The position numbers and the translations under genes are program-made. Below, piece by piece: positions 1 through 10,108 of a DNA stretch of 64,000 bases. The first letter of the stretch is position 1. Each line of letters opens with the position of its first letter. The notes under the pieces are model-generated. The model did not search any database and was not told where the DNA came from. It saw only the letters and a list, made by a program, of their open reading frames with translations. The DNA is from a virus (lineage: Duplodnaviria; Caudoviricetes): IMG/VR virus record IMGVR_UViG_3300032245_000902, positions 1-64,000 of that record; one strand, written 5' to 3'.

Positions 1-810
1 AGCGGCGATATCTGCACAGCTAAAGTTTTCAAACACAAACCAAAAGAAAGAGCAATGGTTAAGGATTTCTTTAAGCGTTGTTCATTTCAATTTCCTCATG
101 TTGTATATGTAATGGGTAACCATGAGCATTATGACTTTGATATTGCTATCACTTATGATAGACTAAAAGCTGAATTGGCTGATTTGCCAAATATTCATTT
201 GCTTGAAAAGGAAACATGGGAACATAATGGCATCACTTTTGTTGGTGGCACATTGTGGACTGATATGAATAAAGGCGATTCATTGACCTTATGGCATTGT
301 GGACAGCGTATGAATGACTTTCGGTTAATCACAAATAGTAATCGTAAGACACATCACAAGAATGTAATCTATGTTAAGAATCCTGATGGCTCAGGTATGC
401 ATCTGAAAGATTCTGATGGTAATTTGGTTGTTGATAGAATCGACCACTATGAGAAACCATCAAGGTGGTCAGCAGAAGATTCTGTGGAAGACCATAAAAA
501 GATGTTGGACTATATCAATATTGTTACTCAGGATAAAACCAAGAGTTATGTTGTGGTGACACACCATGCACCGAGCAGTGAGAGTGTTGCTGAGTGTTAC
601 AAAGGCGATACACTAATGAATGGTGCGTTTCGTTCTGATTTGAGTGAATTCATTTTAGATAGACCACAGATTAAAATGTGGACTCATGGTCATATGCACA
701 ACATGAGTAACTATTGGATTGGTGACACCAGAGTTGTTTGTAATCCTCGTGGCTATATTAAATATGAAAGTTGTGCAAACTTCTTTCAGTTAAAATATAT
801 GGAGATTTAA
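1..810 (+). CDS. Calcineurin-like metallophosphoesterase (5' partial)
   Basis: Frame is open from base 1 (SGDICT...). Motifs GD, GNHEHY, VTHHAP, WTHGHMH, CNPRGY. Confidence 0.9.
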   Translation, partial: SGDICTAKVFKHKPKERAMVKDFFKRCSFQFPHVVYVMGNHEHYDFDIAITYDRLKAELADLPNIHLLEKETWEHNGITFVGGTLWTDMNKGDSLTLWHCGQRMNDFRLITNSNRKTHHKNVIYVKNPDGSGMHLKDSDGNLVVDRIDHYEKPSRWSAEDSVEDHKKMLDYINIVTQDKTKSYVVVTHHAPSSESVAECYKGDTLMNGAFRSDLSEFILDRPQIKMWTHGHMHNMSNYWIGDTRVVCNPRGYIKYESCANFFQLKYMEI

Positions 811-811
811 A

Positions 812-1162
812 TTGGGAATGTTCGACACTATATTATATGAGGGTAAGGAGTATCAGACAAAAGATACTCCATCTCAATTCTTGGATAATTATAAAATTGA
901 ACACGACCAAGATTCTGGTCACCAATACCTATGGCGGGAAGAACATGATTCTAAATGGGTTGAAGATGAAGGTCTTTTTGGTGGTAGTATAGTGGAATTC
1001 AATCAACGCTGGGTATGTTGTCATGAGTTTGATGGTAACATCCGATTCTATCGGCCTGCATTAGAAGATAAACATGAATCATGGAAACAGGACGCATGGA
1101 TAGAATATTCTGCCTTGTTTATGGATGGTAAATTATTAAGAATCAAAGAAATTAAAAAATGA
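812..1162 (+). CDS. Hypothetical phage protein (MGMFD.../YQTKD type)
   Basis: 116-aa ORF abutting both neighbours; TTG start, alternative ATG at 818. Confidence 0.7.
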   Translation: MGMFDTILYEGKEYQTKDTPSQFLDNYKIEHDQDSGHQYLWREEHDSKWVEDEGLFGGSIVEFNQRWVCCHEFDGNIRFYRPALEDKHESWKQDAWIEYSALFMDGKLLRIKEIKK

Positions 1163-2007
1163 AAAAAGTATTGGTAACAGGAAGTTCTGGTTATATCGGC
1201 CAACACCTTGTAAAACTCCTTAGACGGGAAGGTTACGAGGTTTTTGGTATTGATAAATCTCGAGCATGGAATGATTACTTACACCGTGATAACTTTTTGG
1301 AATTTGATATTCGTTATGATTTACCACAATGGATGTTTACATTGAATGATTGGTCATATGAGTATGATGCTGTTGTTCATTTGGCTGCATTGGTGCGAGT
1401 GAATGAATCAATAGAGAAACCAACAGAGTATTATACAACCAATTTAAATGGCACCATCAATGTATTGGAAGATATTCCGTGTAAGAACTTCATCTTTGCT
1501 TCAACTGGTGCGGCCGCCAATCCTGTGGTGCCGTATTCATTATCTAAACGATGTGCAGAAGATGCTGTAAAAGAATGGAGAAAAGATAAAGATTATACAA
1601 TATTCCGTTTTTATAATGTGATTGGTACTGATGGTGTATCACCAACCAATCCTGATGGTTTGTTTTCTAATCTAATCAATGCAGAAAAGACAGGCACATT
1701 TAATCTGTTTGGTAACGATTACAATACACCTGATGGTACTTGTGTCAGAGATTATGTCCATGTTATGGAAATATGCCGTGCAATTCAATTGGCAATCAAA
1801 ACGCCAGCCAATAGTTTACAGAATCTAGGACACGGCATTGGTCATTCGGTATTGGAGATGGCAACCACATACCAAGAGGTGAACAATTGCAAATTTGATA
1901 TAAACTATTGCCAAAGGCGTGACGGTGATTTAGAATATAGTGTATTAGACAATGTGTCGCCTTACATGAAAGAGTTGTATAACTTTGAGGAACTAATGAA
2001 AAAATGA
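1159..2007 (+). CDS. galE: NAD-dependent epimerase/dehydratase, UDP-glucose 4-epimerase-like
   Basis: VLVTGSSGYIG Rossmann motif, VVHLAA, YSLSK catalytic YxxxK, FRFYNV, DGTCVRDYVHV. Confidence 0.85.
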   Translation: MKKVLVTGSSGYIGQHLVKLLRREGYEVFGIDKSRAWNDYLHRDNFLEFDIRYDLPQWMFTLNDWSYEYDAVVHLAALVRVNESIEKPTEYYTTNLNGTINVLEDIPCKNFIFASTGAAANPVVPYSLSKRCAEDAVKEWRKDKDYTIFRFYNVIGTDGVSPTNPDGLFSNLINAEKTGTFNLFGNDYNTPDGTCVRDYVHVMEICRAIQLAIKTPANSLQNLGHGIGHSVLEMATTYQEVNNCKFDINYCQRRDGDLEYSVLDNVSPYMKELYNFEELMKK

Positions 2008-2645
2008 AAGTATACTTATCAAACTACCGCAACCATTGGTTGTCACCTTATACTATACTCAAAACGATTTGCTTTTGGGAAAAAGATGAGGATCGAATCT
2101 ACAATTTAAATGATGATGTGAATAATCCATATGTAAAGTGGGTTAACTTTTTAAATCCTATTTGTGAAGTGTGGCAAAAGATTTTAGACTTCATTCATCC
2201 ACGGTTTAACTATGTAAAGCTTGACCGATGGGATACATGGTCAATGGATCACACCTTGGCTTACATCATTCATCCAATGTTAGTTCAATTAAATAAAACT
2301 AAACACGGTGCACCATATACGGAAGATGATGATGTACCAGAGTACCTGCGTAGCTACATGGCACAACCAAAAGAGAATGAATGGGACACCGACAGTTTAC
2401 ATTTTATGCGGTGGGATTGGATTCTCAATGAAATGATTTGGGCATTTGAACAAGAACTCAAAGATGATGATGAATCACAATTCTTTGACGATTCGGAATG
2501 TGGTGACGAAAAGTTTCCATGGAATAAAGATGGCCAGTATGTAAGTAAATTGAAATTAGATAAAGAAGGTTTAGAGGCACACCAGAAGCGAAAGGCAAAT
2601 GGTTTTAGATTATTTGGTAGATACTACCAAAACTTGTGGGATTAA
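2004..2645 (+). CDS. Hypothetical phage protein
   Basis: 213-aa Trp-rich ORF with ATGA overlap to the upstream gene. Confidence 0.8.
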   Translation: MKVYLSNYRNHWLSPYTILKTICFWEKDEDRIYNLNDDVNNPYVKWVNFLNPICEVWQKILDFIHPRFNYVKLDRWDTWSMDHTLAYIIHPMLVQLNKTKHGAPYTEDDDVPEYLRSYMAQPKENEWDTDSLHFMRWDWILNEMIWAFEQELKDDDESQFFDDSECGDEKFPWNKDGQYVSKLKLDKEGLEAHQKRKANGFRLFGRYYQNLWD

Positions 2646-2647
2646 TT

Positions 2648-2866
2648 ATGAACAATAAACCAGTAGCGTGGAGAAATCTATGCGTAGGTAACATAGGTGA
2701 AGATTCTGAATGGATTTATAACGAAATCGGTCAAGGCGAACCACTCTACACCCATCCAGCAAAGTTACTAACAGATGAGGAAATAATGGAGTTGTCCTAT
2801 ATGACCAGCGACAACGACCCTATTCCATTTGTCAGAGCAATACTAAGAAAGGCACAAGAGAAATGA
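2648..2866 (+). CDS. Hypothetical phage protein (PVAW...PLYTHP...LTDEEI type)
   Basis: ATG at 2648 within the track ORF 2636-2866; motif pattern common in small phage proteins. Confidence 0.65.
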   Translation: MNNKPVAWRNLCVGNIGEDSEWIYNEIGQGEPLYTHPAKLLTDEEIMELSYMTSDNDPIPFVRAILRKAQEK

Positions 2867-3099
2867 TACCGTATATTGGATACATTCAAGCCAAAAGGTC
2901 TTTGGCATTGGCAAAAGAAACCATCGCTATGATGGGCGATTCTACCAATTATATGTTAGAGGCACAGAAAGATATGCTTGAATTGGAAGTGGAACATTTC
3001 CGTGAGGCATCTGTCAAGTTTACCATAGTTCTATTGACTGTGATTGTGTTTTGTGTTACACTAGTATATCTATTCGATAAAGGAATATTCCATGTTTGA
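2863..3099 (+). CDS. Small hypothetical membrane protein
   Basis: C-terminal hydrophobic helix; overlaps both neighbours. Confidence 0.65.
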   Translation: MIPYIGYIQAKRSLALAKETIAMMGDSTNYMLEAQKDMLELEVEHFREASVKFTIVLLTVIVFCVTLVYLFDKGIFHV

Positions 3100-3343
3100 T
3101 AAATTACACAATTGGGCTGTCAAGAATACAATCAATATTTTGATATTTTTAATATTGTTATCTGCTGTTATTACAGTCTATAATTTGGTTGATGTGGTTC
3201 GTAAACCCGCAACTATCAATATTATTGAAGGCAGTATTCAACACCGATTGGTTTGGTCAGCTAAAGGTGAATGTTTTTTTGTCAGGCCATTTTCAAATGA
3301 AACTGTATATTTAATCCGTGTTAATGATTGTGATAAGAAATGA
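3092..3343 (+). CDS. Small hypothetical membrane-anchored protein
   Basis: N-terminal TM segment; AAGGA upstream of the start. Confidence 0.65.
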   Translation: MFDKLHNWAVKNTINILIFLILLSAVITVYNLVDVVRKPATINIIEGSIQHRLVWSAKGECFFVRPFSNETVYLIRVNDCDKK

Positions 3344-3501
3344 AACCAAATAAAGATTTTAAATTAAGTAAATCAGCAAAGCGACGTTTAGCTACCATGT
3401 CATCAAGTGTTCGTGGTTTATGGAAGAAACTATATATTGAAGCAGAGTTAGCTGAGAAGCAAGCAAAGTTTGCAAAAATTCGTGAACCTAAAGGAGAGTA
3501 A
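3340..3501 (+). CDS. Small basic hypothetical protein, 53 aa (not in the ORF track)
   Basis: Read by hand: MKPNKDFKLSKSAKRRLATMSSSVRGLWKKLYIEAELAEKQAKFAKIREPKGE. ATGA overlap upstream; fills the gap and contains the SD of the next gene. Confidence 0.7.
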   Translation: MKPNKDFKLSKSAKRRLATMSSSVRGLWKKLYIEAELAEKQAKFAKIREPKGE

Positions 3502-3503
3502 TA

Positions 3504-3773
3504 ATGAGTTTATTTGTTGAAGTGTTTTCTGTTGAAAAACAATGTATGGTGATTGTGAATTTAGATACAGTTATTGAGATTGCACCCTTATCGATTGGTG
3601 GTTGTGCTATTTTCTTTGCTGATGGTACTGGTGGTAAAATATCAATGCGTGTGAAAGAAGATTATAACCTTTTCAAACAATTTGTTTTGCAAACAGTATC
3701 AACAGAAGATATTGAAAAGAAATTTGGTAAAACAAAAGTCAAAGATTTAACAATGGATATTCCTAAGTTGTAA
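3504..3773 (+). CDS. Hypothetical protein
   Basis: 89-aa ORF preceded by AAGGAG. Confidence 0.75.
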   Translation: MSLFVEVFSVEKQCMVIVNLDTVIEIAPLSIGGCAIFFADGTGGKISMRVKEDYNLFKQFVLQTVSTEDIEKKFGKTKVKDLTMDIPKL

Positions 3774-4057
3774 TGAACGATTTATTATATAATGTATTTG
3801 ATTGGATTCGTGATGATTGGAAGTCAGGTAGGGTTAGGTTCGTTGTTGAAATATTGGCGTGGGCAATCTCCATTGGATGTTCTATTACAATGGCTCTCAC
3901 CGTTCCTAACCCACCGTTACTCATCTTATATCCAATCTGGATTGCTGGGTGTGCTATGTACCTGTGGTGTGCTTTTACTCGCAAATCTTTTGGGATGGTT
4001 GCTAATTACTTGTTACTTACTACTATTGATACAATCGGCTTAATTAGAATGCTATGA
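3773..4057 (+). CDS. Small multi-pass membrane protein
   Basis: Three hydrophobic segments; TAATG coupling to the upstream gene. Confidence 0.7.
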   Translation: MNDLLYNVFDWIRDDWKSGRVRFVVEILAWAISIGCSITMALTVPNPPLLILYPIWIAGCAMYLWCAFTRKSFGMVANYLLLTTIDTIGLIRML

Positions 4058-4641
4058 ATATTTTTTACCTTGATAATGATCCTGTGAAGTGTGCAGAAAT
4101 GCACGTTGATAAACATTGCATAAAGATGATACTTGAATATGCTCAATTACTTTCTACCGCACACCGTGTGCTTGACGGTGTTCTTACTGATGGTGTATCT
4201 CAGTCTGGTCGCAAACGGAAGCTATATGTTCTCTCTGATAACCGTGATTCGATATTGTATTCTGCCACCCATATTAATCATCCTTCTGCTGTATGGTGCA
4301 GACAATCTGATTCAAACTATATTTGGTTGAGTAAACTATTATTGGCCTGTTGTAAAGAATATACCTATCGTTATGGTAAAGTGCATAAATGTGAAGAAAG
4401 TGGTTTAGTCAAAGCATTGTTTCATAATACACCAAAAAATATTCCAAAAGGGGGTTTTACAGGTCCAACACCTGCCATGCCTGATGAATGTAAAGTACCA
4501 GGGGATGCCTTACAATCCTATCATAACTACTATGTGATGAAAAAACAACATTTGTGGTCATGGAAAGGAAAGATAAATAGTAGGACAGAACCTAAATGGT
4601 TTACTAAAATGGTTGAACCCTTATCTTATGGATACTCTTAA
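4054..4641 (+). CDS. Pyrimidine dimer DNA glycosylase / DenV-related protein
   Basis: MNIFYLD..P..CA..H.DKH..KM..E..QLLSTAH, THINHP..VW, EY..RYGKVH, P.AMPD signature. Confidence 0.75.
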   Translation: MNIFYLDNDPVKCAEMHVDKHCIKMILEYAQLLSTAHRVLDGVLTDGVSQSGRKRKLYVLSDNRDSILYSATHINHPSAVWCRQSDSNYIWLSKLLLACCKEYTYRYGKVHKCEESGLVKALFHNTPKNIPKGGFTGPTPAMPDECKVPGDALQSYHNYYVMKKQHLWSWKGKINSRTEPKWFTKMVEPLSYGYS

Positions 4642-4919
4642 TGCCAGCATATGAATTTTTAAATAAAGATACAAATGAGATTGAAACTCACATCATGTCT
4701 TATACTGTTTACGACCAATTCAAAGTGGATAATCCACACCTAGAACGATTTATCTCAGCAAAAAATCTTCCTGTTTTTGGTGACGGCACTCGTATGTCGG
4801 TACCAGGAATTGGACAGCCTCATGCCGCTTTTGAACATGGGGTTATTCAAAGAATGAAAGAAACCATTCCTGGTAATACTATGTCTGGTCACAAGACGAA
4901 AAAACCAAGAGAATGGTAA
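4641..4919 (+). CDS. Hypothetical protein (MPxYEF start, degenerate FmdB-like)
   Basis: TAATG coupling; late-promoter-like GATAAATA at 4572-4579. Confidence 0.7.
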   Translation: MPAYEFLNKDTNEIETHIMSYTVYDQFKVDNPHLERFISAKNLPVFGDGTRMSVPGIGQPHAAFEHGVIQRMKETIPGNTMSGHKTKKPREW

Positions 4920-4944
4920 TATTTTTGTACAGGAAGTGGTAATC

Positions 4945-5331
4945 ATGGATTTTAATTTTACAACATTAAATTATGATATAGATTTTACATATTGTTTTCC
5001 ATATGGCCTACATGACATACCGCAAATTGAGGTTCTAAGTGGTGATTATCTTGGATTAAAATTCGATTTGAAATCTTCTGCTGTATCTAGTAAATATGAA
5101 AATAATCAAATTAAACATGCATTATCGTATGAATATGTTATACACAATATGTGGCTAAATGTATCAAAACAACAATTTGACGGTAAACATATCACATTAA
5201 ATGAAAAAGACCAAAATGTCATACACAATTTGGTGTACAATTACATCAAACATTTTACAGAAGAACAAACCAAAATTAGTGTATCACAAAGTTCAAATAT
5301 AGATAAAAAAATAACAAATTATATAGTATAA
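4945..5331 (+). CDS. Hypothetical protein
   Basis: AGGAAG 8 nt before ATG 4945; track ORF 4936-5331. Confidence 0.6.
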   Translation: MDFNFTTLNYDIDFTYCFPYGLHDIPQIEVLSGDYLGLKFDLKSSAVSSKYENNQIKHALSYEYVIHNMWLNVSKQQFDGKHITLNEKDQNVIHNLVYNYIKHFTEEQTKISVSQSSNIDKKITNYIV

Positions 5332-5334
5332 ATA
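5327..5334 (+). promoter_or_regulatory. T4-type late promoter (TATAAATA)
   Basis: Exact T4 gp55 consensus 36 nt upstream of the ATG at 5371. Confidence 0.75.
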
Positions 5335-5370
5335 TATCGTTATGTATATATTAAACTTTAGGGGCATTGG

Positions 5371-6417
5371 ATGACAACACCATCGGGTCAAATATCATTA
5401 AGTCAAGTAAATACTGAACTAGGCTTTTCTGCGGCCGCAACGATTACAATGAATGATACTGTAGTTCGAAGCCTTGCTGGTGTGCCTAGTGGTCAGATTA
5501 CTATGGCCAACTTGCAAAATAAATCTTCAGCATGGACAGGCACAATCTCTAGCAACCAGCAGCAGATGGATCTTTATTCTTTTGCAACCGGTAACGGATA
5601 TCCAGGTTCTGGTGTAGCTCAAATTACAGTAGCACCAGGTGTTTATATTTGGTCTGACAGTACCGGCGCTGCAGCCATGACAATTCCTAGTGGTTTTGGT
5701 GCTGGTAATTTAACCCTTACTAATAACGGTTACATCATGGGTAAGGGAGGCCGAGGCGGTAACGGCTCTGTTCCTGAAAACGGACTTCCTGGTGGACCAG
5801 CAATTAGTATTAGTCAACCTGTGACCATTAACAACACTAACGGCAGCGCATACATTGGTGGTGGTGGTGGTGGCGCTGGTTCTGGTAGAGCAGCAACACC
5901 AGTCTATGCGGGTGGCGGTGGTGGTGTTGGTGGTGGTGATGGTGGAAATGGTGGTGGTACTCCTGGTGCCGGCGGTACTGGTGGTTCTATTGGAAATTCT
6001 GGTACACCAAACGGAAACGGTGCTGGTGGTGGCGGTGGTGGCGGTAGAGTATTTCCAGGTTCCGCATCAGCTGGCGGATTCACCGGTGGTCAGGGTTGGC
6101 CTGGTGGTGGTAATGGTGGTAGAGTAGGTGTTGTAAATCCACGAACCGCAACAATCTCACAAGCATCTGGTGGTGGCGGTGGTGGTTGGGGTGCTGCAGG
6201 AGGCCAAGGATTATTTTTAATTTCACCAAGCGGGCCAGCAAATGCATCGGGTATTGGTGGTTCCGGCAACAACGTTGGTGGACCCGCATTTGCTGGAGTT
6301 GGTGGAACTAGCAATCCTCGTCCTGGAGGTAGTGGTGGTCCAGCTGTAAGTTTAAATGGAAATTCAGTAACATGGGTTAGTGGCGACACTGCCAGAGTAT
6401 GGGGATCAGTATCATAG
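5371..6417 (+). CDS. Glycine-rich tail fibre adhesin, gp38-like (T2/S16 type)
   Basis: NNGYIMGKGGRGG, AYIGGGGGG, several GGGGG runs, GGGGGGWGAAGG and C-terminal GGPAV...VTW...VWGSVS fit the polyglycine adhesin layout. Confidence 0.75.
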   Translation: MTTPSGQISLSQVNTELGFSAAATITMNDTVVRSLAGVPSGQITMANLQNKSSAWTGTISSNQQQMDLYSFATGNGYPGSGVAQITVAPGVYIWSDSTGAAAMTIPSGFGAGNLTLTNNGYIMGKGGRGGNGSVPENGLPGGPAISISQPVTINNTNGSAYIGGGGGGAGSGRAATPVYAGGGGGVGGGDGGNGGGTPGAGGTGGSIGNSGTPNGNGAGGGGGGGRVFPGSASAGGFTGGQGWPGGGNGGRVGVVNPRTATISQASGGGGGGWGAAGGQGLFLISPSGPANASGIGGSGNNVGGPAFAGVGGTSNPRPGGSGGPAVSLNGNSVTWVSGDTARVWGSVS

Positions 6418-6435
6418 GAAAAAATAGGAAAAAAT

Positions 6436-7347
6436 ATGAAAAAATACACATTAGAAAGCCGTGTTACGGGATTAAGAGAAGAATTTGAGTCTTTTTCAGA
6501 TGCAGAAAAAAGACAAGAAGAACTTTATAAAGAATATATTTTAGATTCTCAGTATCTATTTAATATTTGTATACAAGAGTCTAAAAACGGACAAGATTGG
6601 TCACAAACACTTTGCGACAAAAATGGCAATCCAATTCGAATCATTGACGATTGGTTTTATCTACCAATTAATACCGGTATTTGGGGTGATGCGACTGTTA
6701 TGCAGTTGGGCCCTACAGTTTCTATGGGGACACAAAAAGAAGATGATATTTGGTTGTGGATTGACAACGGTCCCAGTTATAATTCCGGTGGTCAAGGACT
6801 GTTAAGCCAATACGAAAACGCTTCTGGTAAGGTTCTTCTTGGTGGATTAGGTTTGGGTATGTTAGCACTCTTATTAGATAATAAACCAGAGGTTACAGAG
6901 GTTACCGTTGTTGAAATAAATCAAAACGTAATTGATGCATTTAATTCCAATAATTGGAAGACAAGTAAAGTTAATATTGTTTGTGCAGATATTTTAACGT
7001 TTGAAGGATCTGGTTATGATTGGGTGTTATTGGACCATTACAACCAAACACAAAGTATTGAACTATACAATACTTATTTGGAACATATGTCTATCATTAA
7101 TCAAAATATTTCATATAATAATTTAGATTTATTTGCTTGGGAAGATGCATACTATTATTGGTTGGAACAAGAAGGTAAAGAACGTGGATTAGAAAGTTAT
7201 ACCGAGTTTGCTAATACTCTAAACCTACCAATATATTCGATTGAAACTCTAAATAAATATTATAATGCTTATCTATCTAATGGATTACCTGTCAACACCA
7301 ATTTAGTAAACGCTTTAAGATCGGTGTATGAATTAAACAACGAATAA
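6436..7347 (+). CDS. Class I SAM-dependent methyltransferase (spermidine-synthase-like) with an extra N-terminal domain
   Basis: GKVLLGGLGLG motif I, VTVVEIN motif II, IVCADI, YDWVLLD. Confidence 0.75.
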   Translation: MKKYTLESRVTGLREEFESFSDAEKRQEELYKEYILDSQYLFNICIQESKNGQDWSQTLCDKNGNPIRIIDDWFYLPINTGIWGDATVMQLGPTVSMGTQKEDDIWLWIDNGPSYNSGGQGLLSQYENASGKVLLGGLGLGMLALLLDNKPEVTEVTVVEINQNVIDAFNSNNWKTSKVNIVCADILTFEGSGYDWVLLDHYNQTQSIELYNTYLEHMSIINQNISYNNLDLFAWEDAYYYWLEQEGKERGLESYTEFANTLNLPIYSIETLNKYYNAYLSNGLPVNTNLVNALRSVYELNNE

Positions 7348-7372
7348 CATATGTGAAGAAGGTATTTTTATT

Positions 7373-8011
7373 ATGGCAACTAAAAAACAATCAACAAAAT
7401 CTCCATCAACACCTTCAGAAATTTTGAATTCTTATGGTGCTTTATTTTGTAAAGATATTGTGTCCAAAGAAATGAGTAATTTTTTAACTCATGTATTACT
7501 AAGAAAATATGGTGTTGATGGTAGAGAAGGTGATGAACAAATACCAAATGCTCTTTCTTTAATTGATCATGATTTATTTTTAGAAACGTTACAAGAACAA
7601 ATTTGGCCAAAATTGGAATATATTTTAGGTGAAGAATTACTTCCAACATATTCTTATTCAAGACTATACAGTAACGGAGATATCTTAGAAAAACACACCG
7701 ATAGGCCGGCATGTGAAATAAGTATCACGGTACAATTGGGACGGTCACATAACTATGCGTGGCCAATTTATATGGGTGATTATAGATATGATTTGGTGGA
7801 AGGTGATGGTGTAATTTATAGAGGTTGTGATGTAGCTCATTGGCGTAATCCTTGTGATGGGCCAGATAATTACTATTCCGGCCAAGTGTTTTTCCATTTT
7901 GTAAGAAAAAACGGAAAAAACGCAAAACAGTTTTGTGATCCATCCAACAGAAAAGTAAATCCAAAAACTTTTTTTGTTAAAAATAGAACTCACCTAATGA
8001 ATTTAAAATGA
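7373..8011 (+). CDS. 2OG-Fe(II) oxygenase
   Basis: LPTYSYSRLY...L..HTDRPACEISIT, GDGVIYRG...HWR, QVFFHFV. Confidence 0.85.
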   Translation: MATKKQSTKSPSTPSEILNSYGALFCKDIVSKEMSNFLTHVLLRKYGVDGREGDEQIPNALSLIDHDLFLETLQEQIWPKLEYILGEELLPTYSYSRLYSNGDILEKHTDRPACEISITVQLGRSHNYAWPIYMGDYRYDLVEGDGVIYRGCDVAHWRNPCDGPDNYYSGQVFFHFVRKNGKNAKQFCDPSNRKVNPKTFFVKNRTHLMNLK

Positions 8012-8039
8012 ATTTTATGATTGAATATATAGAAAGATA

Positions 8040-8639
8040 ATGATGATTGCACCTATTCCTCCAAGAACACATACTGTAGAAGCTCCAGTAGCATATTGGG
8101 ATAGTTTTCTAACCCAACAAGACGTTGATACCATTTTATCTTTGCCGCAATGGCATGATTGTGAACCCGGTCAAATTGGTAAAACCAACGATGGAATTAT
8201 AGATACAAACATACGAAATAGTGGCATTGTTTGGTTTACTCCTTGTGAAAAAACAAACCATATCTGGTTAAAAATTACTAATGCTATCGCAGAAGTGAAC
8301 AATCAATTTTTTCACTTTGATTTAAAAGGATGTTACGAACCAGCACAATTATCAATTTATAGAGCTAAAGATAAAGAACATTATGGTTGGCATGTGGACC
8401 ATGGTATGGATACTTTGACTCCACGAAAACTATCAATGTCACTCTTATTAAGTGATACTAATGAATTTAAAGGTGGAGAACTTGAAGTTAAGACAATTAA
8501 TGATGATCCGTTAACACTAGACCAACGGCAGGGTAGAGCCTGGTTCTTTCCTTCATACACACTACATAGAGTAACACCGGTGACAAAAGGTGTGAGGCGT
8601 TCATTGGTTCTTTGGGTTGGTGGGCCTCCTTTTAAATAA
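8040..8639 (+). CDS. 2OG-Fe(II) oxygenase (PKHD/prolyl-hydroxylase-like)
   Basis: YGWHVD, RKLSMSLLLS, FKGGEL, FPSYTLHRVTPVTKGVRRSLVLW. Confidence 0.9.
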   Translation: MMIAPIPPRTHTVEAPVAYWDSFLTQQDVDTILSLPQWHDCEPGQIGKTNDGIIDTNIRNSGIVWFTPCEKTNHIWLKITNAIAEVNNQFFHFDLKGCYEPAQLSIYRAKDKEHYGWHVDHGMDTLTPRKLSMSLLLSDTNEFKGGELEVKTINDDPLTLDQRQGRAWFFPSYTLHRVTPVTKGVRRSLVLWVGGPPFK

Positions 8640-8653
8640 TATGAAAGCACATA

Positions 8654-10108
8654 ATGATATTTGAAATACACGCAGAAAGAAGTGCCAACGATAAAAAGAT
8701 TTTTTATTACGATAACATGACCAACACACTAAAAGATAGTGATGGCAATGTTTTTGAATATCCAAAAGAATCCTACTCAAAACCCGAGCAAAAAGAATTC
8801 AAACCATTTGATAAAAATAATCCATTGGTTAAATCGAAGTTAATAACTCATTTAAAGATTCAAATGGGTTTAAGTTGTAATTATTCATGTGATTATTGTT
8901 CCCAAAAATTCGTAGAAAGACCAAAAGAAACATCCAAAAAAGATATTGATGCATTTTTGGAAAAACTGGAAGTATTGGAGTTTGATGAACAAAAAGGATT
9001 AAAAATTGAATTTTGGGGTGGTGAACCTTTTGTTTATTGGAAAACCATGAAACCTTTGGCCGAAGCTTTAAGAGAAAAGTTTACAACATGGGTCAGAAAA
9101 CCACAATTCTCAGTAATTACAAACGGATCAATTTTAACCGATGATATTATTGATTGGTTAATGATGATGAATTTTAGTGTATCAATATCCCATGATGGAC
9201 CAGGTCAATATGTTAGGGGTCCGGATCCTTTCGATGATCCGGAACAAAAGAATAGACTTATTGGTTTCTATCGCATGATGACCAGATTGAAAAAAAGTAT
9301 TAGTTTCAATCCAATGATGAATTCTAAAAACAAAAGTCGTAAAGAAGTTCGTGACTGGTTTGTTAATATGATAGGTGATGAAAATGTCCAATTGGGTGAA
9401 GGTGGTATTGTAGATGCTTATGATGAAGATGGCATCACAAACTCATTACAATCTTTACAAGAACATTTTGAATATCGTAGAACTTCATTCTCTGATTTCT
9501 ACACTATGGGTCAAAAACTAAACTTTGTTGGCCAATTCAGTAAGATTGATGATTTAACTCGCAGAATATTGACGCATGAAGAAGCCAAATATCTGAATCA
9601 AAAATGTGGTATGGATGATGAACACACATTGGCAATTGATCTGCGTGGTAATGTTATGACCTGTCAGAATGTGAGTGCGTTAGAAGATTCTAAGAATGGT
9701 GAATCACATTTGGGCGGCACATTAGATGATTATGAAAATGTTAAATTAAAATCTTCTACACATTGGTCGAATCGTAAAGAATGTTCTGGTTGTCCAGTTC
9801 TTCATATTTGCAAAGGTGCTTGTATGTTCCTAGACAAGAAGTTTTGGGATATCTCCTGTGCAAATGCCTACTCAGATAATGTTCCATTGTTTGCTATATC
9901 TCTAACTAATATAACCAATGGATATGTTCCAACATTAATTAAGGCTGAAGGTTTACCATTGGAACGACAAGATATTTTTGGTACTATCTTTGAACATAAA
10001 GAAGATATCAAAAAGAAAATTATTCCAATTAAAGTTGTTAGTGAAAAAATTGGTGAGATTGAAGGTGTTGAGGTTTACGGCCGTGCGAAAATTGTTGAAA
10101 CAAAATGA
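8654..10108 (+). CDS. Radical SAM protein with SPASM domain
   Basis: CNYSCDYC, FWGGEP, ITNGS, ISHDGP; complete 7-Cys SPASM motif C-x13-G-x4-C...CSGC-x5-C-x3-C...C. Confidence 0.95.
   Translation: MIFEIHAERSANDKKIFYYDNMTNTLKDSDGNVFEYPKESYSKPEQKEFKPFDKNNPLVKSKLITHLKIQMGLSCNYSCDYCSQKFVERPKETSKKDIDAFLEKLEVLEFDEQKGLKIEFWGGEPFVYWKTMKPLAEALREKFTTWVRKPQFSVITNGSILTDDIIDWLMMMNFSVSISHDGPGQYVRGPDPFDDPEQKNRLIGFYRMMTRLKKSISFNPMMNSKNKSRKEVRDWFVNMIGDENVQLGEGGIVDAYDEDGITNSLQSLQEHFEYRRTSFSDFYTMGQKLNFVGQFSKIDDLTRRILTHEEAKYLNQKCGMDDEHTLAIDLRGNVMTCQNVSALEDSKNGESHLGGTLDDYENVKLKSSTHWSNRKECSGCPVLHICKGACMFLDKKFWDISCANAYSDNVPLFAISLTNITNGYVPTLIKAEGLPLERQDIFGTIFEHKEDIKKKIIPIKVVSEKIGEIEGVEVYGRAKIVETK

Noticed and set aside
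8654-10108. Anaerobic sulfatase maturase, or QueE/NrdG-type metabolic role, for the radical SAM enzyme
   Set aside because: No sulfatase, queuosine or NrdD genes in the window, and the full SPASM domain does not fit QueE or NrdG. A distant substrate cannot be excluded.
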